Source: an uncultured Alphaproteobacteria bacterium (GTDB lineage: Bacteria > Pseudomonadota > Alphaproteobacteria > HIMB59 > GCA-002718135). Taken from it: DNA of 64,000 nt. The stretch lies in the NCBI GenBank assembly GCA_902593125.1, contig CACJGU010000002.1, positions 4,808 through 68,807 on the forward strand. The letters are read 5' to 3'. Of the stretch, positions 31,111 through 40,102 are shown piece after piece. The notes under the pieces were generated by a model. That model saw nothing but the letters and a program-made list of their open reading frames with translations. It searched no databases and had not been told where the DNA came from. Numbering within the stretch: position 1 is the stretch's first letter; the number at the start of each line of letters is the position of its first letter. A program made the position numbers and the translations under genes.

Positions 31111-31129
31111 TGTCGGAGAAGTGTCGGAC
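31111..31129 (+). promoter_or_regulatory. Arm doublet, TGTCGGA class (module C, tRNA-distal arm)
   Basis: TGTCGGAGAAGTGTCGGAC, copies 11 nt apart. GAACTGTCGGAGAAGTGTCGGA is identical to 41772-41793. Confidence 0.55.
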
Positions 31130-31177
31130 AAAGAACGTAAAAAATAAAAAAGATTCTCATTTCATTTCATTACTTGT

Positions 31178-31219
31178 CTATTGCTCATAAGCTGAATTAT
31201 TAAAAACGCTGTAATTAAT
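31178..31219 (-). pseudogene. Decayed 3' fragment of a paralogue of the 27695-28462 gene
   Basis: The minus-strand translation INYSVFNNSAYEQ* aligns with INYSAFYNLAYEQW near the C-terminus of the 255-aa protein. About 80% nucleotide identity over about 50 nt with 27748-27800. An in-frame stop lies just upstream. Confidence 0.5.
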
Positions 31220-31250
31220 TTAGTATTTTAACAAATTTTAATATATATAT

Positions 31251-32162
31251 TTGATTATTATGCTTGAATTTGACAGTAAAAAACAAGAGTTTTATTTTAA
31301 TAGAGTTCTATTGGATAAATTAAGTTTTAGAAATGGATCTAACGAAATTGATACACTAAAAATTTCTAAAGAATATTTGTTTACAGACCAAATTAAAAAG
31401 AGCAATTTTTACATATTTAAAAATTTTTTAGATAACGATGTTTCAAATAGGCTAAAAAAATATTTTTCTAGTGAAGAAACTTATAAAAGCTTTATTAAAT
31501 CTTCTAATGGATCTTCAAGACTTTTTTTTTATTTAAATTCTCCATTTTTTTATCCAAAATTTTTACAAAGTCTAATTTTGAAATGTATGATTTTTAAAAA
31601 TATGATTTATTATCATCATGATTATTATCATAGTTATTGTTTAAAATATAATTTAAATCCATCCGACTTTGAAAAAGTAGCAAAAAATCAAATTCTGCAT
31701 TCTTGGCAAAGTATATACTGGTATAAAAATAATTGTAAATTTGAAAAACATATTGATAGTTATGGAGAATTAGCCTGTTTTTTAATATTATCTGAACGTG
31801 GTAGAGATTATAAGAAAGGTGGATTAGAAGTGGTTTATGATGATGGTTCTACAAAAGATTTAGATGCTGAATATCAAATTGGAGACTTAGTTTTTTTAGA
31901 TCAGTCTAAAGTATATCATCAGGTTAATAAGATTGAGCATAATGATGATCAAATTGGAAGATTACAATTATATATTCCAACTATTCCACCAAATTACATT
32001 AACAAAGTATTGTATTTTGAAGATCATTCCCATAATCCATATTTTACAAGTAACGACATTAGTTTAGGTGAACGTATTAAAAATATTCTAAAATCTTATA
32101 TAGTAAAAGAAGATGTTCATTATAGTAGACAAAATCCAAGATTAAATGATCACATTCTTTAA
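31251..32162 (+). CDS. Hypothetical protein, possible 2OG-Fe(II) oxygenase fold
   Basis: Long ORF with a candidate HxD...H triad (KHIDS ... VYHQV). The start could be TTG 31251 or ATG 31260. Confidence 0.4.
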   Translation: MIIMLEFDSKKQEFYFNRVLLDKLSFRNGSNEIDTLKISKEYLFTDQIKKSNFYIFKNFLDNDVSNRLKKYFSSEETYKSFIKSSNGSSRLFFYLNSPFFYPKFLQSLILKCMIFKNMIYYHHDYYHSYCLKYNLNPSDFEKVAKNQILHSWQSIYWYKNNCKFEKHIDSYGELACFLILSERGRDYKKGGLEVVYDDGSTKDLDAEYQIGDLVFLDQSKVYHQVNKIEHNDDQIGRLQLYIPTIPPNYINKVLYFEDHSHNPYFTSNDISLGERIKNILKSYIVKEDVHYSRQNPRLNDHIL

Positions 32163-32296
32163 AATTTTTGTAGTTCAATGAATTTATCAATTAATAATAT
32201 ATTTTTATATTTCTTATTAACCTCGTACCAAATAAGGAATTATTGAACACGAAGTGCAACTATATTACAACCAAAAGAGGTAAGGGGGTGAAAATT

Positions 32297-32346
32297 TGGA
32301 GCGGGCGAAGGGATTCGAACCCTCGACTTCAACCTTGGCAAGGTTG
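32297..32346 (-). repeat. Perfect copy of the 3' 50 nt of tRNA-Gly (att core)
   Basis: 50/50 identical to 42470-42519; diverges at 32347. Confidence 0.95.
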
Positions 32347-32402
32347 GGGTTAAGTGCTGATTAAGCCCCGCATATAAACAATTTCTCCCACATATTTCTC
32401 TT

Positions 32403-32420
32403 TGTCACAACTGTGTCACA
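32403..32420 (+). promoter_or_regulatory. Arm doublet, TGTCACA class (module B, int-proximal arm)
   Basis: TGTCACAACTGTGTCACA, copies 11 nt apart. Ends immediately before the int RBS AGGAG (32421-32425). Confidence 0.6.
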
Positions 32421-32432
32421 AGGAGATATGAA

Positions 32433-33377
32433 ATGGCAACAATACGAAGAAGAAATGGTAAATGGCAAATCCAAATAAGGATAAGAAATTATGGAGCTAC
32501 AAGTAAAACATTTATTAATAAAAAAGATGCATTGCAATGGGGAAGAGAGAAAGAGATAGAACTTCAAAGATGTGCTATAAAATATAAACCACAAAAATAT
32601 CCACTAACAAGAAAACTAATTGAAAAATATATTAATAATATTTCTATAAAAAAGAGAGGTTATGAATTTGAGAAGTATTGTTTTAATAATTGCTTAAGAG
32701 CTTCTTTTTCTAACTTGCCTGTAAATCAGATTTCAACCAAACACTTATCTGAATATAGAGATTTAAGATTAAAAAAAGTTAAGGCATCTACATTTCTAAG
32801 AGAACTAAATTTAATTAGACATTTCTTTAATATTTTAAAAAGAGAATGGGGTTATGAAATTGATAATCCTTGTAACAATTTAACCAAACCAAAAGTTTTT
32901 CAAAAAAGGGAAAGAAGATTAACTGAATATGAATATAATTATTTAGTTAAAGGAAACTATTCTCAGAACACTCTTAGAAATATAATTGAGATAGCAATTG
33001 AAACTGGGATGAGACGTGGTGAAATTTTAAATATAAAAAAAGAACATATCAAAACAGATACGCTATTAATACCCATAACAAAAAACGGTCATCAAAGAAT
33101 AATTCCTCTTACTGAGAGAGCTATATATATTTTAAATAAATCAAAACTTCCTTTTTCTATGTCTGTAAATGCAGTCAGACTAGCTTGGGAAAGGTTAAAA
33201 AATAAAGCTAACATTAAAGACTTACATTTTCATGATTTACGCCATGAAGCTATCTCAAGGTTCTTTGAAAAAGGATTAAGTATTCCCGAAGTAGCCTTAA
33301 TTTCTGGACATAAGGATGTGAGAATGCTTTTTAGATATACTCATCTCAAAGCAGAAGATATATTGAAGAAGTTATGA
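32433..33377 (+). CDS. Tyrosine site-specific integrase
   Basis: Catalytic signature GMRRGE ... HFHDLRHEAIS ... GHKDVRMLFRYTHL (R, HxxR, H, Y). The N-terminal RRRNGKWQIQIRIRNYGATSKTF resembles small beta-sheet arm-binding domains. Confidence 0.92.
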   Translation: MATIRRRNGKWQIQIRIRNYGATSKTFINKKDALQWGREKEIELQRCAIKYKPQKYPLTRKLIEKYINNISIKKRGYEFEKYCFNNCLRASFSNLPVNQISTKHLSEYRDLRLKKVKASTFLRELNLIRHFFNILKREWGYEIDNPCNNLTKPKVFQKRERRLTEYEYNYLVKGNYSQNTLRNIIEIAIETGMRRGEILNIKKEHIKTDTLLIPITKNGHQRIIPLTERAIYILNKSKLPFSMSVNAVRLAWERLKNKANIKDLHFHDLRHEAISRFFEKGLSIPEVALISGHKDVRMLFRYTHLKAEDILKKL

Positions 33378-33458
33378 GGAAATTTTTGTCATTAATGATT
33401 TGTTTGTATAAAGTTAATTTAAGAAATTAATATATTCTTTTAAGTAAAATTTAATTAA

Positions 33459-36020
33459 CTAACCTAAAATTTTTCTAATATCTTTTTCCCACTCATCTTG
33501 GAACAGAAGTTTAAACACAACTTGTTCTTTTCCTTTAACTTTCAAATGTCCAATATTTTCAATATTTTCAATATTTTCAAAAAAACATTTGTTTATTAAG
33601 TCAAATAGCTTTTCTTTATATAAAGTATCATCATTTTTTAAAAAATTACCCTTAGTCTCTATAAAAAATATCTTTGATTTGTTATTATTATTCATTTTTA
33701 ATAAAAAATCCGGATAAATTTTGTTAGCTCTCCATCCTTTAATTGAATAATCCTCATTATTTACAGATAATCTATGCCACCATTTTATAGCTTTACTTTT
33801 ATTAATATAAGAAGCTACGAGATATTCATAATTATTATAATTTGATTTATATTGAGGTTGATAAATATTTTTATTAAAATTTAATGGATATTCATCATGA
33901 TTTTTTAAAGTAGTAAGATTCTCAACAAGGGTCCAATTGAATTTATAAAATTTTTTTTCTAATAATTTAAAATTTATAATCTTTTTTTCAATTTTTTTTC
34001 TAAATATTTTTTCAGACTCTTTTAGAAACCATTTGTAAAAATCATTCTTGATGACATTAACAATAAAAACTGAGTTTTTATTTATTGTTTCTTCATTAAT
34101 ATAATTAACTTTTAAATTATTAATAACTTCATAAATTATTCTACTTGCTTGCCATGGGTTATGCACTTTATCAATTAATTGACTTGCCATTAGAGAAATT
34201 TCAAAATCTTTATCAATGTTTTTATCTTGTAATGTTTTTTGACTAAAAAAATCAAAATCTGATTTTCCTTTAATATCAGATTTCAAATCAATTTTAATAA
34301 AGGAATCTTCAGGGTTGTGATTTGATAAATTCAATTCATTAAAATTTTTAAAAGAATAATTATCTATTTTTATATCAGGAAGAATGTCTCGATAATAATC
34401 AAATTCTCTAACTTTATTGTAATAATTTACTGTTAATTTTGGAATTATTATTGATTTTTTGTATTCATTACTTAATTTCTGAACAACCCTTTTTTTAATA
34501 TTAGCTTCTCCGTTAATTAAATTAATATTATCATCAATGTCATTTAAGCCTTCTTCCTCTAAACCTTTTTTAACACCTAAAATAGCCTCTCCAACATCCA
34601 CTGAATTACAATATACATAGCTTTCATTTAATTCTTTAATTTTATATCTTTGTGCATAAGGTTGTCTCAATATTCTTCCAACAAATTGAGTTAAAGATGT
34701 TTGATTTTTAGTTTTTGATAATATTGCTAAAACGTAAGCAAATGGACAATCCCATCCTTCTTTAAGAGCATCTTTGGTAATTATATATTTAACATTAGAT
34801 GTTTTGCTAAGCAAATTAAGATTTGAAATTTCATTAATTTCTGAAAGTTTAATTTTAATTTCATCTTCATTAATATTTAAATTTTGAAGTAAATATTTTT
34901 TTACATCTTCAACATGATTATAGGTGCTCTGTTGTTTTTTAGTTTCAACTTTAATAAGCAATATTGGTCTTATATAAGTATTATTAATTTTATATAATTT
35001 TTCTGCTGATTTGTTTAATTCACGTATTTTTTTTACTGAATGATTCAAAGTATTTTTCCAATTTGATTCTTCATAAGTACGCAGATTAATAGGCAGCTTA
35101 ATCATCTCTTCATTTTTTAATGAGACACCACTAATTTCAGATATAACATTGCTTAAATTGGAAGGGGTTGCTGATAGCTCTAATATAAATGAGGGATTAA
35201 AGTTGTTTATTGTTTCTGTAGCTAAATTACTTTTTGCCCTATGTCCTTCATCAATAATAACTATCGGTCTAATTAATTTGAATACATTTCCAACTGAATG
35301 CTTAATATTTAATCCTTTAACAACATCTATGTTATTTAAATCTGTCAAATCTCCTACATCCAAGTTTGTTATTTCATCTATTAATTTTTTATTGGCAAGA
35401 TAGTCGTCTTCAATTGGAAAAAAACTTGTATGTGAACTCGAGTCTCTAAATAGTTTTAAAAATTCTTTTGTTTTTCTGTTACTAGACTGCATCATTAGAA
35501 TCATTATACACAAATTCTTTTCAACATCTTCTTTCGTAAAAGAATCTGTTTTCTCAAGAATTATTGTTTTCCCCCCACTAACTCTGTCAACTACTTGTCT
35601 GTATGCATGTTCTTTGTTTCTTAAATTAATTAATGTTTGTGAATAAATAGACTCACTTGGAACAAGCCATAATATAAATCCATTATTTTTTTTAAAATAA
35701 TCTTGGTTAATAAATTTAATTGAATGTAATGCTAAATAAGTTTTGCCTCCTCCAGTAGGTACTTTGAAACATATATTGGGAATTTTTCTTTTTATACCAT
35801 CACTTCTATTTTTATATTCAATGGTTTTTACAGGAATTTTAGATTTTAAGTTTTCCCAAGCTTGACTGCAATAATCACTTTTTTCTGGGTGGATGGGTGT
35901 TTTATTTTTTTTAATTTGAAAATTGTAATAATCAAACTGTTCATCTTTTATTGTTGCTAATTCTTTTAAAAAAAAGTCCAAATCATTTAATATATTATTT
36001 TGATAATCTTTAATTTCCAT
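33459..36020 (-). CDS. res: Type III restriction enzyme, Res subunit (SF2 helicase plus PD-(D/E)xK nuclease)
   Basis: Helicase motifs VPTGGGKT, IIDEGHRA, ELSATP and QFVGRILRQ. C-terminal nuclease motif YPDF...FFIETKG. The start abuts the mod stop. Confidence 0.88.
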   Translation of the reverse strand: MEIKDYQNNILNDLDFFLKELATIKDEQFDYYNFQIKKNKTPIHPEKSDYCSQAWENLKSKIPVKTIEYKNRSDGIKRKIPNICFKVPTGGGKTYLALHSIKFINQDYFKKNNGFILWLVPSESIYSQTLINLRNKEHAYRQVVDRVSGGKTIILEKTDSFTKEDVEKNLCIMILMMQSSNRKTKEFLKLFRDSSSHTSFFPIEDDYLANKKLIDEITNLDVGDLTDLNNIDVVKGLNIKHSVGNVFKLIRPIVIIDEGHRAKSNLATETINNFNPSFILELSATPSNLSNVISEISGVSLKNEEMIKLPINLRTYEESNWKNTLNHSVKKIRELNKSAEKLYKINNTYIRPILLIKVETKKQQSTYNHVEDVKKYLLQNLNINEDEIKIKLSEINEISNLNLLSKTSNVKYIITKDALKEGWDCPFAYVLAILSKTKNQTSLTQFVGRILRQPYAQRYKIKELNESYVYCNSVDVGEAILGVKKGLEEEGLNDIDDNINLINGEANIKKRVVQKLSNEYKKSIIIPKLTVNYYNKVREFDYYRDILPDIKIDNYSFKNFNELNLSNHNPEDSFIKIDLKSDIKGKSDFDFFSQKTLQDKNIDKDFEISLMASQLIDKVHNPWQASRIIYEVINNLKVNYINEETINKNSVFIVNVIKNDFYKWFLKESEKIFRKKIEKKIINFKLLEKKFYKFNWTLVENLTTLKNHDEYPLNFNKNIYQPQYKSNYNNYEYLVASYINKSKAIKWWHRLSVNNEDYSIKGWRANKIYPDFLLKMNNNNKSKIFFIETKGNFLKNDDTLYKEKLFDLINKCFFENIENIENIGHLKVKGKEQVVFKLLFQDEWEKDIRKILG

Positions 36021-37721
36021 TTATTTAACAAAAACTTTATGTATGGCATATGGAAGTTGACAAAAAATTATATTAAATTCATCTAGTTGTTTTTGTGACA
36101 TAAATTTTGAAGTTGCAAAAACTAATTTTTTCAATTTACTACTATTTTTTATAATTTCAGCTTTTTCATAACTTAATGCTGAGTCATTACTTCTTAAGAA
36201 TGTAATATCTGGTTTGTATATTAAAAAAATTTCATAAAAATTTGTTTTTCCAATAAAATATTTTTGTTGATTCTTTACTGATTTTTCCAAAGAAACTCCA
36301 GTTGCAGTATAGAAAACATATCTTGATAATGATTCATAAGATGGAAGATTATTTCCTCTCAGAATTGAGTCTATATTAAATTCTTTACCTAACTTAAAAT
36401 AGGAAAAGCTTTTATTGTAGCCTTTTTTAAGAATCTTATTTTTTGCAGAAGGGACCCCTTTGTTAATTAATCTTACTCTTTCAGCAGTAAGATTATTTGC
36501 ATAATCTTCCATTTCTACAAGAATATATTTTCTATTACCGTTATCTTCATGATTTAAATCCATAACCGCGTGAGCTGTGGTTCCACTACCAGCAAAAGAA
36601 TCAAGAATTATATCGTTTGATTGATTTCTAGTAGATATTCTGAGACATTTTTTAATTAAATCTATAGATTTTGGGTAATCAAAAGGCATGTGTCCAAATA
36701 TTTCAGATAATAACTCTTTACCATTCTCATTGTTAATGGATTTGTCAGTCCATAAAGCTTTTTCTTTGGTTGTTGCTAAACTAGAATTCTTATATAAATA
36801 ATCTTTTCTGAAAACTCTCCAATTACCTGTGCTAGCGTATTTTGCGAATAACAAAGAAGAGTTTTTTAAAACTTTTTCCTGACCCCAAGTCCAACAACCT
36901 TCTTCACCTTTAGAGTTTAGAGGCAAGATAGGAATATTAAATTCTTTATTTTTTTTCAAAGATATTTGATTATTTTTTTTATTTACATAAATTGGGAAAA
37001 ATAAATTGGGTCTATTTTTCCTATTAAAAACTGGATTTCTGTTTCTTAGTTCCAAAGGTCGATATTTACCTTTTTTATCTTCATACTTATAATCGGATTG
37101 TTGAGTTTCATTTTTTTCAACTTCAAATAAACTACTATTATTTATATCTTTAACATAAGTTAATACATACTCGTGAGTTTTTGCCAAAAATTTATCTAAT
37201 GTTCTTCCTCTAGGATTTAATTGCACTGTAATCTGAGAGACAAAATTGTATTCTCCAAATATTTCATCCATTAACAATCTTAAATTTGCTATTTCATTGT
37301 CATCAATTGAAATAAATATTGCACCATCATCTGATAAAAGTTCATGCAATAACTTTATGCGTGGGTACATCATGCAAAGCCATTTATCATGTCTTTCTAA
37401 ATCTTCTCTATCTACTGGATTAGCACTATTTTTTAACCACTCTCTTATCAATGGCGAATTTACATTATCATTATAACACCAACCTTCATTTCCTGTATTA
37501 TATGGAGGGTCAATATAAATACATTTAATTCTACCTGAATAATTTGGAAGCAAAGCTTTTAATCCATGAAGATTATCTCCTTCAATAATCAAATTGTCTT
37601 CAATTTTAGTTTCTTTATTTTTTGGAAATGATTTTTTTTTATCTACAACCAATTCTCTAAAAGGAAGTACATAGTGATGAGAACTAATAAATTGTTTACC
37701 TTTAAAATCAATTTTTGGCAT
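36021..37721 (-). CDS. mod: Type III DNA methyltransferase, Mod subunit (beta-class N6A/N4C)
   Basis: Motif IV IYIDPPYNTG lies about 300 aa N-terminal of motif I DSFAGSGTTAHA, the order typical of Type III Mod. Confidence 0.9.
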   Translation of the reverse strand: MPKIDFKGKQFISSHHYVLPFRELVVDKKKSFPKNKETKIEDNLIIEGDNLHGLKALLPNYSGRIKCIYIDPPYNTGNEGWCYNDNVNSPLIREWLKNSANPVDREDLERHDKWLCMMYPRIKLLHELLSDDGAIFISIDDNEIANLRLLMDEIFGEYNFVSQITVQLNPRGRTLDKFLAKTHEYVLTYVKDINNSSLFEVEKNETQQSDYKYEDKKGKYRPLELRNRNPVFNRKNRPNLFFPIYVNKKNNQISLKKNKEFNIPILPLNSKGEEGCWTWGQEKVLKNSSLLFAKYASTGNWRVFRKDYLYKNSSLATTKEKALWTDKSINNENGKELLSEIFGHMPFDYPKSIDLIKKCLRISTRNQSNDIILDSFAGSGTTAHAVMDLNHEDNGNRKYILVEMEDYANNLTAERVRLINKGVPSAKNKILKKGYNKSFSYFKLGKEFNIDSILRGNNLPSYESLSRYVFYTATGVSLEKSVKNQQKYFIGKTNFYEIFLIYKPDITFLRSNDSALSYEKAEIIKNSSKLKKLVFATSKFMSQKQLDEFNIIFCQLPYAIHKVFVK

Positions 37722-37757
37722 AATGAATTTAAACTTAATATAATTTAATTATTAATA

Positions 37758-38003
37758 TCAATAATTATAATGAAATTTCTTATATTTTAACAGCCATTCC
37801 TTTTTAGCTTCTTTATAAGTAATACCATCCCATCTCTCTCCAAGATGAGAAGGGATATATTCATCACAATTTGCACAATGTATTTGTTGAAGTACATAGG
37901 ACCATGGACTTGAGGCTTCACCAGTAACGCTCCAATCTGTTGATACGCAAAGATTGCCAGCAACCTCAGTTGCACCGCATTCTGGACATTTGAAAGAATT
38001 CAT
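37758..38003 (-). CDS. Small zinc-ribbon protein, unknown function
   Basis: 81 aa with CPEC ... CANC. Lies 36 nt upstream of mod on the same strand and looks visibly G+C-richer than mod/res. Confidence 0.55.
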   Translation of the reverse strand: MNSFKCPECGATEVAGNLCVSTDWSVTGEASSPWSYVLQQIHCANCDEYIPSHLGERWDGITYKEAKKEWLLKYKKFHYNY

Positions 38004-38232
38004 TTTTTCTCCTTTAGCTACTTGTTTTATGTCCCGGCAATTAGAGTATCTAAATCAGGACAATTACATAATATCATAATAAGTATTTTTAACAATCTTG
38101 ATAAGACCATAATTCGTGCTTATATTAATACTGTAAGGCTACTATTGATATTCGAAGTTCTCATTATTTTTCTACTTTTAAAAATTACCTCCGCCTTACT
38201 CAAAAAAATCAAAACAGTAACAGAAAGGACCA

Positions 38233-38703
38233 ATGGGCGACCTACTAAACTTTAACGACCACATTGATAAAACACAAAACAAACGACGATATCTTGGCTA
38301 TGAAAAAGGAAAAGTCTTAGAAGAAACCATCAAAGGACTCATAGCAAAAATACCTGATATACCTGATGAAACCATTATCAACTACTTTGCCAACATAGTT
38401 AAAGGGGGAATTCCTGTGATAGATGATAAACCTTTTCATACAAAATATGTCTGGGCAGAAAACTGTCTAAAGTATTCATCCGAAGAAATTCAAGAAGCAG
38501 CAACTTCTTATATGTTTAAAAACAAAAACAACCATAAATTATTGTACCATCTTTCCCTGCTTATTTATCTCTCTCTTTATTTCTTTGATAAAGATGTAAA
38601 ATCTTTTTATAGGATTGCTCCTCAAGATTATGAAAAATGGGGAATTAGACTTCTTGATAAAAGTATAGAATTTAAAAACAACGTTAGGGATGGGAGTTTT
38701 TAG
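38233..38703 (+). CDS. Hypothetical protein (156 aa)
   Basis: ATG preceded by GAAAGGA. No recognisable motif. One hydrophobic stretch (LLYHLSLLIYLSLYFF). Confidence 0.55.
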   Translation: MGDLLNFNDHIDKTQNKRRYLGYEKGKVLEETIKGLIAKIPDIPDETIINYFANIVKGGIPVIDDKPFHTKYVWAENCLKYSSEEIQEAATSYMFKNKNNHKLLYHLSLLIYLSLYFFDKDVKSFYRIAPQDYEKWGIRLLDKSIEFKNNVRDGSF

Positions 38704-38770
38704 GTTAACTCATGGGTTTATTGAGGTATATTTTCATTTATAAGCATTTGATATAGAAATTATACGAATA

Positions 38771-38808
38771 AGTTATCCACGTTATAAAAAGTTATTAACG
38801 CTATAAAA
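38771..38808 (+). repeat. Tandem 19-bp direct repeat upstream of the 102-aa gene
   Basis: AGTTATCCACGTTATAAAA / AGTTATTAACGCTATAAAA (16/19 identical). Confidence 0.7.
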
Positions 38809-38906
38809 TAGATTCAAAAAATGTGCGTTGAAGAAGTTCTCCTCATCATCATATTAGATAAATAAATCGTTAATGATTTTTTTTATCTGCAACCAAAGGA
38901 GATTAT

Positions 38907-39215
38907 ATGCAGAAAGAGATTAATACAAACTCTCTACATTACAAAATGCAAGATTGTTTTGATATCGTTTGGAATACTGGCGATGAAATAGAGCGTGATT
39001 GGAGTGTTCAAATAGCAACCAGTATGTTCATGGAATACTGTGAAGAATTAGAGTACGTTTCACTGACAGATTCTGCTCACTTGTATTCAGAATTAACAGG
39101 TATTTTTTCTACCGATACACCATGGTCATTTACAAGATATTATTGTTATCAATTCTTAGAGAATTACAAAAAAATAGTAGATGGAAATGAACCAATAAAC
39201 TCAACATTGCATTAA
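38907..39215 (+). CDS. Small strongly acidic protein (102 aa), unknown function
   Basis: RBS AAGGAG lies 6 nt upstream of the ATG. About 17 D/E against about 6 K/R by count. Confidence 0.6.
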   Translation: MQKEINTNSLHYKMQDCFDIVWNTGDEIERDWSVQIATSMFMEYCEELEYVSLTDSAHLYSELTGIFSTDTPWSFTRYYCYQFLENYKKIVDGNEPINSTLH

Positions 39216-39221
39216 ATAATT

Positions 39222-39237
39222 GGGGGCTTAGGCCCCC
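39222..39237. terminator. GC-rich hairpin between convergent genes (bidirectional terminator candidate)
   Basis: GGGGGC-TTAG-GCCCCC lies between stop 39215 (+) and stop 39241 (-). Such a G/C run is exceptional in this AT-rich window. Confidence 0.6.
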
Positions 39238-39240
39238 TTC

Positions 39241-40071
39241 TCACATCTTTGCTGCTTGTTCAATATAGGCACAATTCTCACAATACGGATTTCTATGAGG
39301 TGCTTTGCTAGAATCCAAAACTGATTTCATTTCTAAAATTTTTTCTTTTATCCAACTTGTATTGGTTTCATAATCAACAAGGGTAATAGCAAAATCCATT
39401 TTTGCATCAAATCTATCTGGTGATTTTTCTCCATTGCAAACCATAAAATAGGAAATATCTGAAACTTTAAACCCCATCTCTCTTAAAATATATACGTATA
39501 TATCCATCTGCATTTTATAACCTTGATGGTATTGGCTCGATAAGTAATATTCTTTTTCAACTGCTATTTTTGTTGATTGTGCTTTATAGTCAGCAACAAC
39601 TAATTCCTGTGTATCAAGATTAAACCAGATATCATCTACACCTCCATGAAGTATTAAATTAGTTTCTTTATCATGATAAGAAATTCCACCCGTTAGTGAA
39701 TTTCTCCATTTATCGATATCGTCATGCTCAAAAGGAATAAAATTTAAATTATAATTTCTAAAAATAGGGTGTGCTTCTTTTCGAGCTCTATAATAATCAA
39801 ATTCTTTTTTTAACAAATCATCAACAGTAGTATTAAGAGACCATCCAGGCATACTAGGCTCTTGTAATCCCCTTACTCTATCTAGGTAAAAACATCTTTG
39901 ACAATCCATAAAGTTTGAAAATTTAGAACGACTAATTTTAAATTCATTCTTTTGTCCAGGTTTGTATATTGAAGTAGGTCTTGTTCGTAGACCTTTAGCC
40001 TCTGCAAATTCACCTTTTGAGTTTCTTTTAATACTTACCATCTCTAATTGACTATACCACCATTTACCCAA
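39241..40071 (-). CDS. PD-(D/E)xK nuclease, Cas4/RecB-like, with four Cys (probable Fe-S cluster)
   Basis: GGVDD ... VVADYKA (D...D-x-K) and QMDIYVY (QxxxY) motifs. Cys pairs CQRC (N-terminal) and CENC (C-terminal). The start is uncertain (TTG 40071 or internal ATG 40041). Confidence 0.7.
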   Translation of the reverse strand: MGKWWYSQLEMVSIKRNSKGEFAEAKGLRTRPTSIYKPGQKNEFKISRSKFSNFMDCQRCFYLDRVRGLQEPSMPGWSLNTTVDDLLKKEFDYYRARKEAHPIFRNYNLNFIPFEHDDIDKWRNSLTGGISYHDKETNLILHGGVDDIWFNLDTQELVVADYKAQSTKIAVEKEYYLSSQYHQGYKMQMDIYVYILREMGFKVSDISYFMVCNGEKSPDRFDAKMDFAITLVDYETNTSWIKEKILEMKSVLDSSKAPHRNPYCENCAYIEQAAKM

Positions 40072-40102
40072 AGGTTAAGTGGGTTATTTTTACTAGTCTG
40101 AA

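Larger units (their letters stand above)
30990..32346 (-). mobile_element. Integration module C: about 1.26-kb recombinase-less cassette (cargo: 303-aa oxygenase-like ORF)
   Basis: Bounded by repeats 30990-31040 and 32297-32346. The tRNA-distal end shares conserved blocks with module A. Confidence 0.65.

Noticed and set aside
32347-32372. GGGGTTAAGTGCTGATTAAGCCCC, an imperfect inverted repeat right after the module B core copy, considered as a structured recombination site.
   Set aside because: The stem is imperfect (GGGGTTAA versus TTAAGCCCC is offset by one nt), and it has no counterpart at the other att copies.
32361-32594. A 77-aa minus-strand ORF across the att/int junction.
   Set aside because: It is antisense to the well-supported integrase 5' end and the arm repeats. 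The product is low-complexity and there is no RBS.
33551-33577. A (CAATATTTT)x3 tandem repeat inside res (encoding ENIENIENI), considered as a phase-variation switch like the simple repeats known in some Type III systems.
   Set aside because: The unit length is 9 nt, so copy-number change stays in frame and cannot switch the gene off. Only three copies are present.
37632-37640. An A9/T9 homopolymer near the 5' end of mod, considered as a slipped-strand phase-variation tract.
   Set aside because: Homopolymers of 8-10 A/T occur throughout this AT-rich window, including in housekeeping genes, so there is no specific evidence.
38022-38255. A 77-aa + strand ORF in the divergent region between the 81-aa zinc-ribbon gene and the 156-aa gene.
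   Set aside because: It has a non-ATG start and no RBS, overlaps the better-supported 38233 start, and has a hydrophobic low-complexity product. This is more likely promoter DNA, although a small membrane peptide cannot be excluded.
38773-38781. TTATCCACG, considered as a DnaA box indicating an origin on the island.
   Set aside because: It is a single near-consensus box with one mismatch, which is insufficient. It is reported only as part of the 19-bp tandem repeat.
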